From positions 1-37,172 of the forward strand of contig CAMAPH010000030.1 in assembly GCA_945859975.1 (NCBI GenBank): DNA of 37,172 bases, read 5' to 3'. Of the stretch, positions 27,110-35,543 are shown in pieces. Positions within the stretch are counted from its first letter, which is position 1. Each line of letters starts with the position of its first letter. The DNA comes from Chthonomonas calidirosea. Lineage in GTDB: Bacteria > Armatimonadota > Fimbriimonadia > Fimbriimonadales > Fimbriimonadaceae. The notes below the pieces were generated by a model that saw nothing but the letters and a program-made list of their open reading frames with translations, was not told the origin of the DNA and ran no database searches. A program made the position numbers and the translations under genes.

Positions 27110-27591
27110 ACGGACTCTTCGTCTTCCAGCATGCCGGGAATGAGCTCCACCGTGATCGTCTCGGTGTCAAAGTTGACTTCCTTCACGAAGTTTTCAACGA
27201 ACGGAATCATCAGCTCGCCGATCACAAGCGTTTCATGGGCAGGAGTACTGACGACTTCATCGACTTCGCCGAGCTCTCGGCCGTCGACCGTCACGACTTT
27301 AAGATTGATCAGGTCATCAAGAAGAAACTCGTCGTCCTCAAGCTCCGGACGTTCGGAGTCTTCGATGTCGATGAACTGCCACTGGAGGGCTTGGGCAGCC
27401 GACATCGTGGTGATGCCATTAAGATTGAGCAGAGGGCGGCCTTTGTGGACCACCGAGGTTTCAATCGTGTACCAGTTGGTACCAACGAGAACCTTCGTCC
27501 CAACCGCAAACCGTTCGAGAAATTCGGTTTGCGGCTGTACTTTTAACTGTCCGCGAATGCCATGCGCACCGACGATCTGGCCTATTCGCAT
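27106..27591 (-). CDS. rimM: 16S rRNA processing protein RimM
   Basis: IGQIVGAHGIRG, EF..DDLI, MIPFV; follows rpsP-KH. Confidence 0.95.
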   Translation of the reverse strand: MRIGQIVGAHGIRGQLKVQPQTEFLERFAVGTKVLVGTNWYTIETSVVHKGRPLLNLNGITTMSAAQALQWQFIDIEDSERPELEDDEFLLDDLINLKVVTVDGRELGEVDEVVSTPAHETLVIGELMIPFVENFVKEVNFDTETITVELIPGMLEDEESV

Positions 27592-27605
27592 GTTACGGAG
27601 CTGAT

Positions 27606-27845
27606 TTATTCGGTAACGACTTTGACGTAAGCCTTTTCGCGAGACTTGCTGGCGACGGCGCTAACGACAAATCGGATCGCGTTGATAACGCGTCCGCTCT
27701 TTCCGATGACCTTACCAACGTCGTCTGGCTCAACCGTCACGTGGAACGTGCGGGTGCCCATTTCGAGCTCTTCTTCGATGGTCACCTTTTCTGGGCTATC
27801 AACGACGCCCTTAACGAGGGATTCAACGAGTGGTCCGTAGCTCAT
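27606..27845 (-). CDS. khpA: KH-domain RNA-binding protein (KhpA/YlqC)
   Basis: DVGKVIGKSGRVINAIR; between rpsP and rimM. Confidence 0.92.
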   Translation of the reverse strand: MSYGPLVESLVKGVVDSPEKVTIEEELEMGTRTFHVTVEPDDVGKVIGKSGRVINAIRFVVSAVASKSREKAYVKVVTE

Positions 27846-28240
27846 TCTGCGTCTCCGGCGGTTTCGGCGGCGGCAGCAGCTGCGATTTCGGCATCTTCAG
27901 CAACCGGAACAGCGACTTCCGTCGTTGCCGTGGTGGCTGGAGTTCGCTTGTCGAGGTACGAGAACTGCTTCTTGTGTTGAGGTCGCTCTTCGAGATACTT
28001 CGGTAGAACGCCAAGTCGGTTCAAGATGTAGGCCGCGGTTTCGGTTGGCTGGGCACCATTTCGAAGCCAGAAGAGGGCTCGATCTTCCTTGACTTCCAGC
28101 CGCTTTGGCTGAGCAATCGGGTCATAAATGCCGAGGGTCTCAACAAACTTTCCGTTTCGTCCTGTGTTGCTCTCGGCAACCACAATTCGATAGAACGGTC
28201 GGTTCCGTTGTCCTAATCTTCGCAGTCGAATCTTTACCAT
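27842..28240 (-). CDS. rpsP: 30S ribosomal protein S16 with C-terminal extension
   Basis: MVKIRLRRLG..RPFYRIVVA, LGIYDP, WLRNGAQPTET. Confidence 0.98.
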   Translation of the reverse strand: MVKIRLRRLGQRNRPFYRIVVAESNTGRNGKFVETLGIYDPIAQPKRLEVKEDRALFWLRNGAQPTETAAYILNRLGVLPKYLEERPQHKKQFSYLDKRTPATTATTEVAVPVAEDAEIAAAAAAETAGDAE

Positions 28241-28275
28241 GCTTTCTCGTTTTCGGTTCGGTGATCAGCTTCCGC

Positions 28276-29613
28276 TCATCGGCGTCTGCCGCCGCCCATC
28301 TTCTGGAATCGGCCTTGCATCTGCCCAAGCTGCTTCATGCTTCGACGACTCTGATAAAACTGTTTCAACAGATGGTTGACTTCTTCCACCGTTGTGCCTG
28401 AGCCTCTTGCAATCCGCTTACGTCGCGAACCGTTAATTATATCCGGATTTGCTCGCTCTTGTGCCGTCATGCTGTAGATGATCGCTTCGATGCGCTTCGT
28501 ATCGGCTCCGTTGATCTGATCCAGCGCCTCTTCGGGGATCTGCGCACCTAGTCCGGGGATCATCTTGAGGATGTTCTTCATCGGCCCCATCTTCTTCATC
28601 ATCTTGAAGGTCTGGAGCATGTCGTTGAAGTCAAAGTTGCCTTTCGACAGCTTGTTCTCGACGAACGACATGTCCTCACCGGCGAACGCCGCCTCGGCCT
28701 TTTCGATGATTCCAAGCACGTCGCCCATGCCGATGATGCGCTCGGCAACTCGCTCAGGGTGGAAAATATCGAGCGCTTCAACTTGCTCGCCAACGCCGAT
28801 AAATCGCACCGGAACGCCGGTCGCCGCGCGGACGCTGAGCACCGCACCGCCGCGCGTGTCGCCGTCCATCTTCGTAAAGATCGCGCCAGTGATCGGAATC
28901 AGGTTCTGGAACGCCTCGGCAACGTTGACCGCTTCCTGACCAGTTGTCGAGTCAAGAACCAGGAACGCCTCGTGTGGCTTTACTGTCTGGGAGACCTGCT
29001 TCAGTTCCTCCATCAGGTCCGCATCGATGCTCAACCGACCCGCGGTGTCGACAATCAGCACGTCGCGCATCAGATACTTCGCGCGCTCAAGGGCCTCTTT
29101 CGCGATCTGAACCGGGTTCGTGCCGTCGGTCTTGGCATAGACCGGAACCTCGACCTGCTCGCCCAAAACTTGAAGCTGCTTGATCGCCGCCGGGCGCTGA
29201 ATGTCACACGCCGCAAGCATCGGCTTTTTGCCCTGCGCGATCAGATACTTGGCGAGCTTCGCGCAGGTGGTGGTTTTTCCAGATCCCTGAAGTCCGCACA
29301 TCAGGATGACCGTCGGCGGTTCCGATCCGTAATTGAACTTGACGCCTTCGCCGCCGAGCGTCTCAAGTAGCTCGTCGCGGACAATCTTAATGATCGTCTG
29401 GTCCGGCGTAAGGGAAGCGAACACCGCCTCGCCAACCGCCTTTTCCTTCACCCGGGCGATGAACTCTTTCGCGACCTTAAAGTTAACGTCGGCTTCGAGA
29501 AGCGCAACCCGGATCTCTCGCATGACCTCGGTCACGTCGGCTTCGCTCAATCGCCCCTTGTTTCGAAGGCCATTAAGAATTCCGGCGACGCGACGGGTCA
29601 GGTTGTCCAGCAT
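28276..29613 (-). CDS. ffh: Signal recognition particle protein Ffh
   Basis: ALLEADVN, GLQGSGKTT, DTAGR, TKMDGDTRGG, M-domain SRRKRIARGSG. Confidence 0.99.
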   Translation of the reverse strand: MLDNLTRRVAGILNGLRNKGRLSEADVTEVMREIRVALLEADVNFKVAKEFIARVKEKAVGEAVFASLTPDQTIIKIVRDELLETLGGEGVKFNYGSEPPTVILMCGLQGSGKTTTCAKLAKYLIAQGKKPMLAACDIQRPAAIKQLQVLGEQVEVPVYAKTDGTNPVQIAKEALERAKYLMRDVLIVDTAGRLSIDADLMEELKQVSQTVKPHEAFLVLDSTTGQEAVNVAEAFQNLIPITGAIFTKMDGDTRGGAVLSVRAATGVPVRFIGVGEQVEALDIFHPERVAERIIGMGDVLGIIEKAEAAFAGEDMSFVENKLSKGNFDFNDMLQTFKMMKKMGPMKNILKMIPGLGAQIPEEALDQINGADTKRIEAIIYSMTAQERANPDIINGSRRKRIARGSGTTVEEVNHLLKQFYQSRRSMKQLGQMQGRFQKMGGGRRR

Positions 29614-29630
29614 TGCTTTAAGGGTACCGG

Positions 29631-30899
29631 TTACTTCGGATTAAGAATCGCGTACACCACGGGCGCTAGATTCTTTGCGTACACCTCATAGCCCGGCGCG
29701 CCAAGGTGAAGCCCGTCTGGCATCAAGGCTTTCGGGATCGATTTGTCGGGATCAAGGAACTTCGCGCCGAAATCCACGAACCTCACCCGTTGCCCATCTG
29801 CCGCCTTCGAAATGGCTTTGTTGAACTCCGGGACCACATAACGGAAGGCAGAATCAGGATTTCGGTCGGTGGGGAAGATTCCGACGAGCAAAATCTGCGC
29901 TTTCGGGCATCGCTGTTGAACCTTGGAGACGATCAGCTTGACCGCTTCGCCCGTACGCTCCGCTCCAAATTGATCTTTCCAGAGGTTGTTGGCCCCAACC
30001 GCGACAATCACAAGCTCCGGAGAAAGGCCATCTAAAAGACCATCATGGAGACGGTAAATCAACTGATTCGTCCGGTCACCGCGAATCCCAAGGTTCACCG
30101 CGCCGAGCTTATCGAAGTATCGCGCCCAGACTCGCTCGTCCCAGAGCTCGGTGATCGAGTCTCCCAGGAAAACAACCTTCGGGTTGGTCGCCTGGAGCAG
30201 ACGCTTTTGCCGCTCGTGGACGGACAGCCAAACCTCCGTGTCCCCCTGAAAACGACCCAAGTACGGCTCAATCGGATCCTGCTCGGGCATCGGCGGCGGT
30301 GTCGCGAGTTCGGGCGACAGCGACATCCCGGGCACCGGCTCAAACCGAATCCGATCAACCCAGATCGAACCAGGCCCCACCGTGTTAAACCCAACCTTGA
30401 GCTCCCGGGCATCTTCGGGCACGGTTAAATCCTGTTCAAAGTTGATCCAATCGACCGGCCCTTCCACGACCAACAGGTTCATCGAGCCCACCGGCTGACC
30501 CGATTCGCCGAGAAATTGCACCCAAACCTGCGTCCAAAGATTGCCCTCGATCCGCACGTGACCGCTGATCTTAAAGGTCGTGCCCGGTTCGGCCGACATG
30601 CGCTGAGCAACTGATCCCTCACCGTATTCGGAAATCAGCCGAAGCGAAGCCTGCCCGTCAACTTTGACCTTCTCATCGCGTCGCAAAGACACGCCTTCGC
30701 TTGCGCCTTTGACGAGCTTCCATTCTTCTGGCGTCTTGATGCCCCATTCCATGCTCCCGTTTCGAAGGCGAGGAACGTAGGGAAGTGCGGTGTTCGCCCC
30801 GTTCGGATTCGGCTGCGCCCAAGCACCCGCAGCGGCAAGGACAACTAAGAGGCCGGTAAGGGATTTTCGGTGGGAGGAACGGGCGGTTTTCTTCTCCAC
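29631..30899 (-). CDS. Secreted SGNH/GDSL esterase with N-terminal carbohydrate-binding-like (CBM4/9-type) domain
   Basis: GDSIT, GIRGDRT, GANN, DGLH blocks; NGSME...WVDRIRF beta-sandwich-like region; in-frame GTG 30899 gives a signal peptide ending AWA; start uncertain. Confidence 0.82.
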   Translation of the reverse strand: MEKKTARSSHRKSLTGLLVVLAAAGAWAQPNPNGANTALPYVPRLRNGSMEWGIKTPEEWKLVKGASEGVSLRRDEKVKVDGQASLRLISEYGEGSVAQRMSAEPGTTFKISGHVRIEGNLWTQVWVQFLGESGQPVGSMNLLVVEGPVDWINFEQDLTVPEDARELKVGFNTVGPGSIWVDRIRFEPVPGMSLSPELATPPPMPEQDPIEPYLGRFQGDTEVWLSVHERQKRLLQATNPKVVFLGDSITELWDERVWARYFDKLGAVNLGIRGDRTNQLIYRLHDGLLDGLSPELVIVAVGANNLWKDQFGAERTGEAVKLIVSKVQQRCPKAQILLVGIFPTDRNPDSAFRYVVPEFNKAISKAADGQRVRFVDFGAKFLDPDKSIPKALMPDGLHLGAPGYEVYAKNLAPVVYAILNPK

Positions 30900-32014
30900 T
30901 GGCCAAAGAGGATACCGTTTAGCCCCATTTTTTCGACGGCAAAAGCGAATCCGCAAGAGATCAGAACCGTGCCAAACCAGACGATTGGAACGTTGATGTA
31001 GCCCTTCGGGAGCAGCCGTGAGACGCTCGGTGAGGTCAAAACAACCAGGAACGCCGGATGCGCGAGGTAGATCGCCAGCGAGTTCTTGCCGAGCCATGCG
31101 AGGGAGGTTTCTACCGTCCGCGGAACTGGCAATAAAAGCGAAAGGAAAACAACCAACCACGCCACGTGCGAGGTGTAAGCAATGCTCAACTCTTGCAAAC
31201 CAATTCCCGCGCCAGGTCGCTTTGCCAGAAGCGCAGTGTGCGCTTGCAGGTAGGAAATGCCATTCACCAACGCTGACGCCAAAACAAAAACGACGAGCCA
31301 CTGCAAGTGTCGTCGATTTTCGCCTTCAACCGGTTGCACTTGGTCAACCCGCGCGTCGTCCGCAACGTTTCCTTTAAGCCGCCCGATCTGCCGATCAATT
31401 GGCGTGGGATTGAGGCCGTACCAAATCGCGGGCAAAAGCATCGGCGCGTACCCCAGCGCAAAGCTCCCAAACGAAACAACCACGTGCGTTTGCTTCTGGA
31501 TCGTCAACACAACGAACTCAAAGGCGACCGTAAAGGCGATCATCGCCCAGAAACTGAACTTGAACCGCTTGAAAATCCAAGCGAACAACGGCACGATGAG
31601 GATCAGCTGCGCAATCAGCACCATAAAATACAGGTGGTAGGCCGACTTGCCGAAACTCAGCTCAAAACCGATCCGCGAAAGACTCGGCCACGGCTCCGAG
31701 GTGCCAGCCCGCGTCCGAAACGTGATGTAAATCAGGCTCCACAACAAATACGGATGAGCCAGGCTGACAAACCGCGTCTTGACGAACTCCCAAAGATCGG
31801 ACTTGCGCTCAAGCGAAATCGTCCACAGCCACGCGCTGATCAGCAGAAAGCACGGGACGGCAAAAGCGGCGGCAAGGTTCATGTATCGCAGCCACCACCA
31901 AAACTGACTGCCTTCGACGGCGATCTGCCGAGACCGATTCCCGGTGACGTGGATCGTAATAACCGCGAGAATCGCGATTCCTTTCGCCACATCAAACCGA
32001 ACGTTCCGCGACAT
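30845..32014 (-). CDS. Acyltransferase family 3 (OafA-like) membrane protein
   Basis: DVAKGIAILAVITIH, FAVPCFLLIS, YHLYFM, LGKNSLAIYLAHP; about 10 TM; start 32014 or 32053. Confidence 0.92.
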   Translation of the reverse strand: MSRNVRFDVAKGIAILAVITIHVTGNRSRQIAVEGSQFWWWLRYMNLAAAFAVPCFLLISAWLWTISLERKSDLWEFVKTRFVSLAHPYLLWSLIYITFRTRAGTSEPWPSLSRIGFELSFGKSAYHLYFMVLIAQLILIVPLFAWIFKRFKFSFWAMIAFTVAFEFVVLTIQKQTHVVVSFGSFALGYAPMLLPAIWYGLNPTPIDRQIGRLKGNVADDARVDQVQPVEGENRRHLQWLVVFVLASALVNGISYLQAHTALLAKRPGAGIGLQELSIAYTSHVAWLVVFLSLLLPVPRTVETSLAWLGKNSLAIYLAHPAFLVVLTSPSVSRLLPKGYINVPIVWFGTVLISCGFAFAVEKMGLNGILFGQWRRKPPVPPTENPLPAS

Positions 32015-32072
32015 GCTCGAATGATTCTGACGCGCCAGCCCAAATTTGAGCACCGGCCCGCTTCATTACTCG

Positions 32073-32103
32073 TTTCCGATAATCATTATTATGAAATCGG
32101 AAA
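32073..32103. promoter_or_regulatory. AT-rich palindrome containing a Fur-box-like site
   Basis: TTTCCGAT(32073-80)..TCAT-TATT-ATGA..ATCGGAAA(32096-103); CGATAATCATTATTA (32077-32091) matches 12 of 14 defined positions of TGATAATnATTATCA. Confidence 0.5.
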
Positions 32104-32115
32104 AGAATTCTGTCA

Positions 32116-32141
32116 GGGAGAGCGTTTGACTCTCCCCTTTT
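32116..32141 (+). terminator. Terminator-like hairpin on + strand
   Basis: GGGAGAG-7 nt-CTCTCCC followed by CTTTT. Confidence 0.45.
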
Positions 32142-32185
32142 GCTTCCGGTGAAATTGCACCAACGAATGCGATTCAGGCTCGGCT

Positions 32186-32213
32186 CGTGCCCGGCACTAA
32201 CGCGCCGGGCACG
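32186..32213. repeat. Perfect 10-bp GC-rich inverted repeat spanning the lipoprotein stop codon
   Basis: CGTGCCCGGC(32186-95)-8 nt-GCCGGGCACG(32204-13). Confidence 0.7.
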
Positions 32214-32772
32214 GGTTGAAACTTACAAATTCTGCCCGCCGAGCATAGTTGTAGGAGTACGTTCCACTAAGATTGAACGAGCTTCCAGCAATATTCCTGA
32301 ACGTGGCATTAATCTCAAATGTCGTCCGATCGCCGTCAATCGCGATGACACGAACCCCGCCGTCACTCGCATCATAAGCGGCATCACGCTCAGGACCCGT
32401 ATCGGCCTGCCAATCCGAAACACCAGCCGAAATTCCACCACCGGTACCGAACGTTACCTCTTGTCCAAGAATCAAAGTTTCCGGGCGAAATGCCACTATG
32501 CGTAGCTCTCTTGGTCTACCATTCTCGCGAGTAAAGCTCGCGTAGAACCCAATTTGCCGCCCACCGCCCGTGTCTTGTGTTAGCAAATTACTACACCGAT
32601 ACTTTTTAGTGGTGATCGGGCTGGTATCCACGCTGGGAGATGCTGAGGTTACCATCAGATTCCAGGTAGCGTAGTCAGCGATGGTGGAAACAGGGGGAGT
32701 AGAGGAACTAGTATCGTTGCCACCACAGCCAACCAGTGCGAACATGACGATAATGAGCGATGGGTTTTTCAT
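32197..32772 (-). CDS. Hypothetical lipoprotein
   Basis: MKNPSLIIVMFALVG^C lipobox, Ser/Thr/Pro linker, beta-rich domain; ATGA overlap with upstream gene. Confidence 0.82.
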   Translation of the reverse strand: MKNPSLIIVMFALVGCGGNDTSSSTPPVSTIADYATWNLMVTSASPSVDTSPITTKKYRCSNLLTQDTGGGRQIGFYASFTRENGRPRELRIVAFRPETLILGQEVTFGTGGGISAGVSDWQADTGPERDAAYDASDGGVRVIAIDGDRTTFEINATFRNIAGSSFNLSGTYSYNYARRAEFVSFNPCPAR

Positions 32773-34778
32773 TGGGTTCTTCTCTGGACGGTTGCGGACT
32801 CATCTCTTCGGTAAATTTCTAAATTGGTACTGGTTGTGCTTTGGGTGTACACCCTATCTACTACTAATGATGTGGACCCGGCAATGCGAGCCCGGCGATT
32901 ACTTGGCATGGAAAGCCTCCCATATCGATCGGTGAATTTTGGTTCCAACATCCATCCAATCGATAGGTCCGACGGGTAGCTGTTATCGCCTAACAGCTTG
33001 GCGTAAGATAGCGTATTGTTTGGGTCGTTGTTAAAGCGAGCTAAGCAATAGAAGCAACCAAGATCAATGCTGTAACCAGCCGCGCTTAGGGCTGAACCTT
33101 CCCCGACATCACCCACCGGCTGGCCATACGTCCGGCCATAGGCGCAGCTGACACGAATGCCTTTCGTCCCGTCATGATACGTACTACATTGATTCTTTGC
33201 TGCAACAAACAACGGGTTTTCGCCCATGAAGGCACCTAAGCAGCGATCTTCCAAAATGAATGGCGTATAGACTCCGAGCGAGTTCCCATCAATGCCATCT
33301 GAGCACGACCACTCTAATTCGCATCGTACGAAGTACGCAAACACGTTTCCCTCGACCGATGCCAAAGATGCATCGACCCCCGAGGAACCTATAACTGTTG
33401 AACCGAACCTCACTGCGCCATCAACCATGAGAAACTGGATCGGGACAGGGTTCGTCGTGGCAACCTTAAGAACAGAGTTTCCTCCCCAAAGCTCGACGTC
33501 TTTGAATGCATAAATGGTTGCCGGATCTTGTGCCGAACCACCCGTCAAGGTGATGTTTGCGGTAGTGCCCTGAATGAACCCAATTGAAGGTTTGACGTTT
33601 GGCTCATTCGCATAAGTGTCGCCTGGGGCGCTTGTCGTCTTTTTGTCAAAAGTTCGAAGCGTTGATTGTAAGGAAGTCGTCCACATCCTTCCTCTTGCCG
33701 TGCCAGCGTCCGCGGATGAGTACGGTGCAATCAATGGTGAACGATCCGTTACCGATCCATTAATTCGCTCGTAAAAAGGCTCATACATTACAAGGTTTGG
33801 GTTCACGACCTGCGGAAACTCAGTCTTTACAGTGCTGTCATTCCCTACTACCGGGTCAAACAACGAGCTTAAATCCGATGTTGCAAACTCGAAGTTCGAG
33901 ATGACGGCGCGGACACCGGGAATGCTACTTGCGAACATGCAGTCCTTGTCGAAACTTGGACGCGTAGTTGTACCAACTTCTTTCAAATCCCGCTTCAAAA
34001 ACAAGAATCCAGATTCCAAAACATAGAAGCATCGTTCGCCAACCAAGATCGTTTTGCGTGGACGATAGGGATCATTTCCCTTATTGCTGTCAGAGTCACC
34101 ATCCGTAGCGTTAGGATGGCTTGGCAAGACATAGCACAGCGGATAATCTTGCCCGCGAAACCTACAAATACGTATGTAATAGGCAGGTGCTATGAGATCA
34201 GAGTCGGTGATGAGCTTATTGAAGAACTGCATCTCTTCTTCCGGCCAATCAACGGAAGACTTATACAGGCCAGAAGAGTTTCGGAAGAGCTTAAAAGAGT
34301 CTGTAAACGGTTGCCCGTACTGCACGAAATCAGGGCCGAAGAAGTCTATCGGCTGCGAACCAACCGCCGTGGCGTCAGCTGTCGTTGCTGTTATCCGCGC
34401 GAAATCAACTTCTACCCAGGAGTCATTGCTCTCTGCTGTTGGCTGAGCTTCGGCATACTGAATGGTTTTACCTTCATTTGTTGCCGTAGTCTCGGTAATA
34501 GTGATACGATAGAAACCAGAGAACGGGGTGATATAAAGATCCCGATTGTCTACCCATGTGTAGATTTGTTTTGCGATTGCAGGCTTAATGCCATTATCTG
34601 TCCGCCAGTTTAGGAAATGAAGAGTTACGGTGATCGATGCGTCGGTAGGCTTCTTCAGTCTTACGGTCTCCGAACGATTCGGGAGGAACCGCTCCGCAGG
34701 AGTAACAATATTCACATCGTTCCCAAATTCAAGCGTAGATGTCGTATCCAGCAAAAACATCGCATCAGACCATGCCAT
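32769..34778 (-). CDS. Hypothetical 669-aa beta-rich protein in low-GC islet
   Basis: Long open frame coupled to the downstream lipoprotein; no signal peptide; family not recognised. Confidence 0.78.
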   Translation of the reverse strand: MAWSDAMFLLDTTSTLEFGNDVNIVTPAERFLPNRSETVRLKKPTDASITVTLHFLNWRTDNGIKPAIAKQIYTWVDNRDLYITPFSGFYRITITETTATNEGKTIQYAEAQPTAESNDSWVEVDFARITATTADATAVGSQPIDFFGPDFVQYGQPFTDSFKLFRNSSGLYKSSVDWPEEEMQFFNKLITDSDLIAPAYYIRICRFRGQDYPLCYVLPSHPNATDGDSDSNKGNDPYRPRKTILVGERCFYVLESGFLFLKRDLKEVGTTTRPSFDKDCMFASSIPGVRAVISNFEFATSDLSSLFDPVVGNDSTVKTEFPQVVNPNLVMYEPFYERINGSVTDRSPLIAPYSSADAGTARGRMWTTSLQSTLRTFDKKTTSAPGDTYANEPNVKPSIGFIQGTTANITLTGGSAQDPATIYAFKDVELWGGNSVLKVATTNPVPIQFLMVDGAVRFGSTVIGSSGVDASLASVEGNVFAYFVRCELEWSCSDGIDGNSLGVYTPFILEDRCLGAFMGENPLFVAAKNQCSTYHDGTKGIRVSCAYGRTYGQPVGDVGEGSALSAAGYSIDLGCFYCLARFNNDPNNTLSYAKLLGDNSYPSDLSIGWMLEPKFTDRYGRLSMPSNRRARIAGSTSLVVDRVYTQSTTSTNLEIYRRDESATVQRRTQ

Positions 34779-34852
34779 ATCTGTCAGACGAGCAAGAATG
34801 AGACCACGTTGCGCATTTTCGAAAAGTTTTTGTTATTTCTATGAATTGCAAA

Positions 34853-35512
34853 CTATCGTAACCACGTTAGTTGAACAGGCACTTCCCGGCACTCGGTTCC
34901 CGTCGTCACGATCACCCGGTCACTCTCGCCGGGCCGAATGCGGCTGCAACCGGTAAACGTTCCAAAGCTCGGCAGCACCGTCACGTCAGGCGTGATCCAA
35001 AAGCACGGGACGGTCATGCTCTGTCGGCCTCGACCATCCAAACCGTAACCCGGATGCAAATGGCCGGCCAACACGTGGCCCTCATCCATCGGCTCTGGTT
35101 CGTGCCGCAATCGAAACGGCCCAACCGCGGCTCCATCCGGAATCGTCTGAATGTCGCTCCCTACCGGAAGCTGCCCCGATTTGCGGTCGTGGTTGCCTTC
35201 GACCAGCAAAATTTCTACCGAAACCCGACTTCGCCAGGACAAGAACTGTTCAACCGCTTCCGCCGTTTTACCCTGCCGCGCATGCCACAGGTCGCCAAGA
35301 ATGATTAGCCGCCGCACGCCGGAATCCAGAGCCTGAGAAAGCTTCTCCAAAGTCGCCACGGTCGACCCAGGCGGCACCGGAAGTCCCTGCGATCGAAAGC
35401 TTGCCCCCTTTCCGAGGTGAATATCGGCCACAAACAAGGTCGACTCGCTCGGCCAAAACAGCGTGCCATCGGGCCGAAACTCGACTCCCTCCCCGGCCAA
35501 CTGCGTGCGCAT
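34853..35512 (-). CDS. pdeM: Ligase-associated DNA damage response metallophosphoesterase/endonuclease
   Basis: ADIHLGK, LGDLWH, GNHD, HEP, GHLHP, LPSFGTFTG; directly downstream of the Lhr helicase. Confidence 0.92.
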   Translation of the reverse strand: MRTQLAGEGVEFRPDGTLFWPSESTLFVADIHLGKGASFRSQGLPVPPGSTVATLEKLSQALDSGVRRLIILGDLWHARQGKTAEAVEQFLSWRSRVSVEILLVEGNHDRKSGQLPVGSDIQTIPDGAAVGPFRLRHEPEPMDEGHVLAGHLHPGYGLDGRGRQSMTVPCFWITPDVTVLPSFGTFTGCSRIRPGESDRVIVTTGTECREVPVQLTWLR

Positions 35513-35543
35513 GCCTTCTTATACCTCGTCAGGTGTCTACCGT

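Noticed and set aside
28241..29630. SRP (4.5S) RNA near ffh
   Set aside because: Flanking gaps are only 35 and 17 nt, and no SRP RNA hairpin was recognised.
30900..31301. N-terminal 134 aa of the 556-aa ORF 29631-31301
   Set aside because: Lies inside the acyltransferase gene in another frame and looks non-protein-like; the signal peptide starts near 30899. A frameshifted AT3-SGNH fusion was considered, but both genes look complete.
31307..32505. + strand ORFs 31307-32152 and 32140-32505
   Set aside because: Antisense to the acyltransferase and lipoprotein; no motifs.
32197..34850. Prophage or IS element call for the low-GC islet
   Set aside because: No integrase, transposase, terminal repeats or other phage genes visible; kept only as a putative acquired islet.
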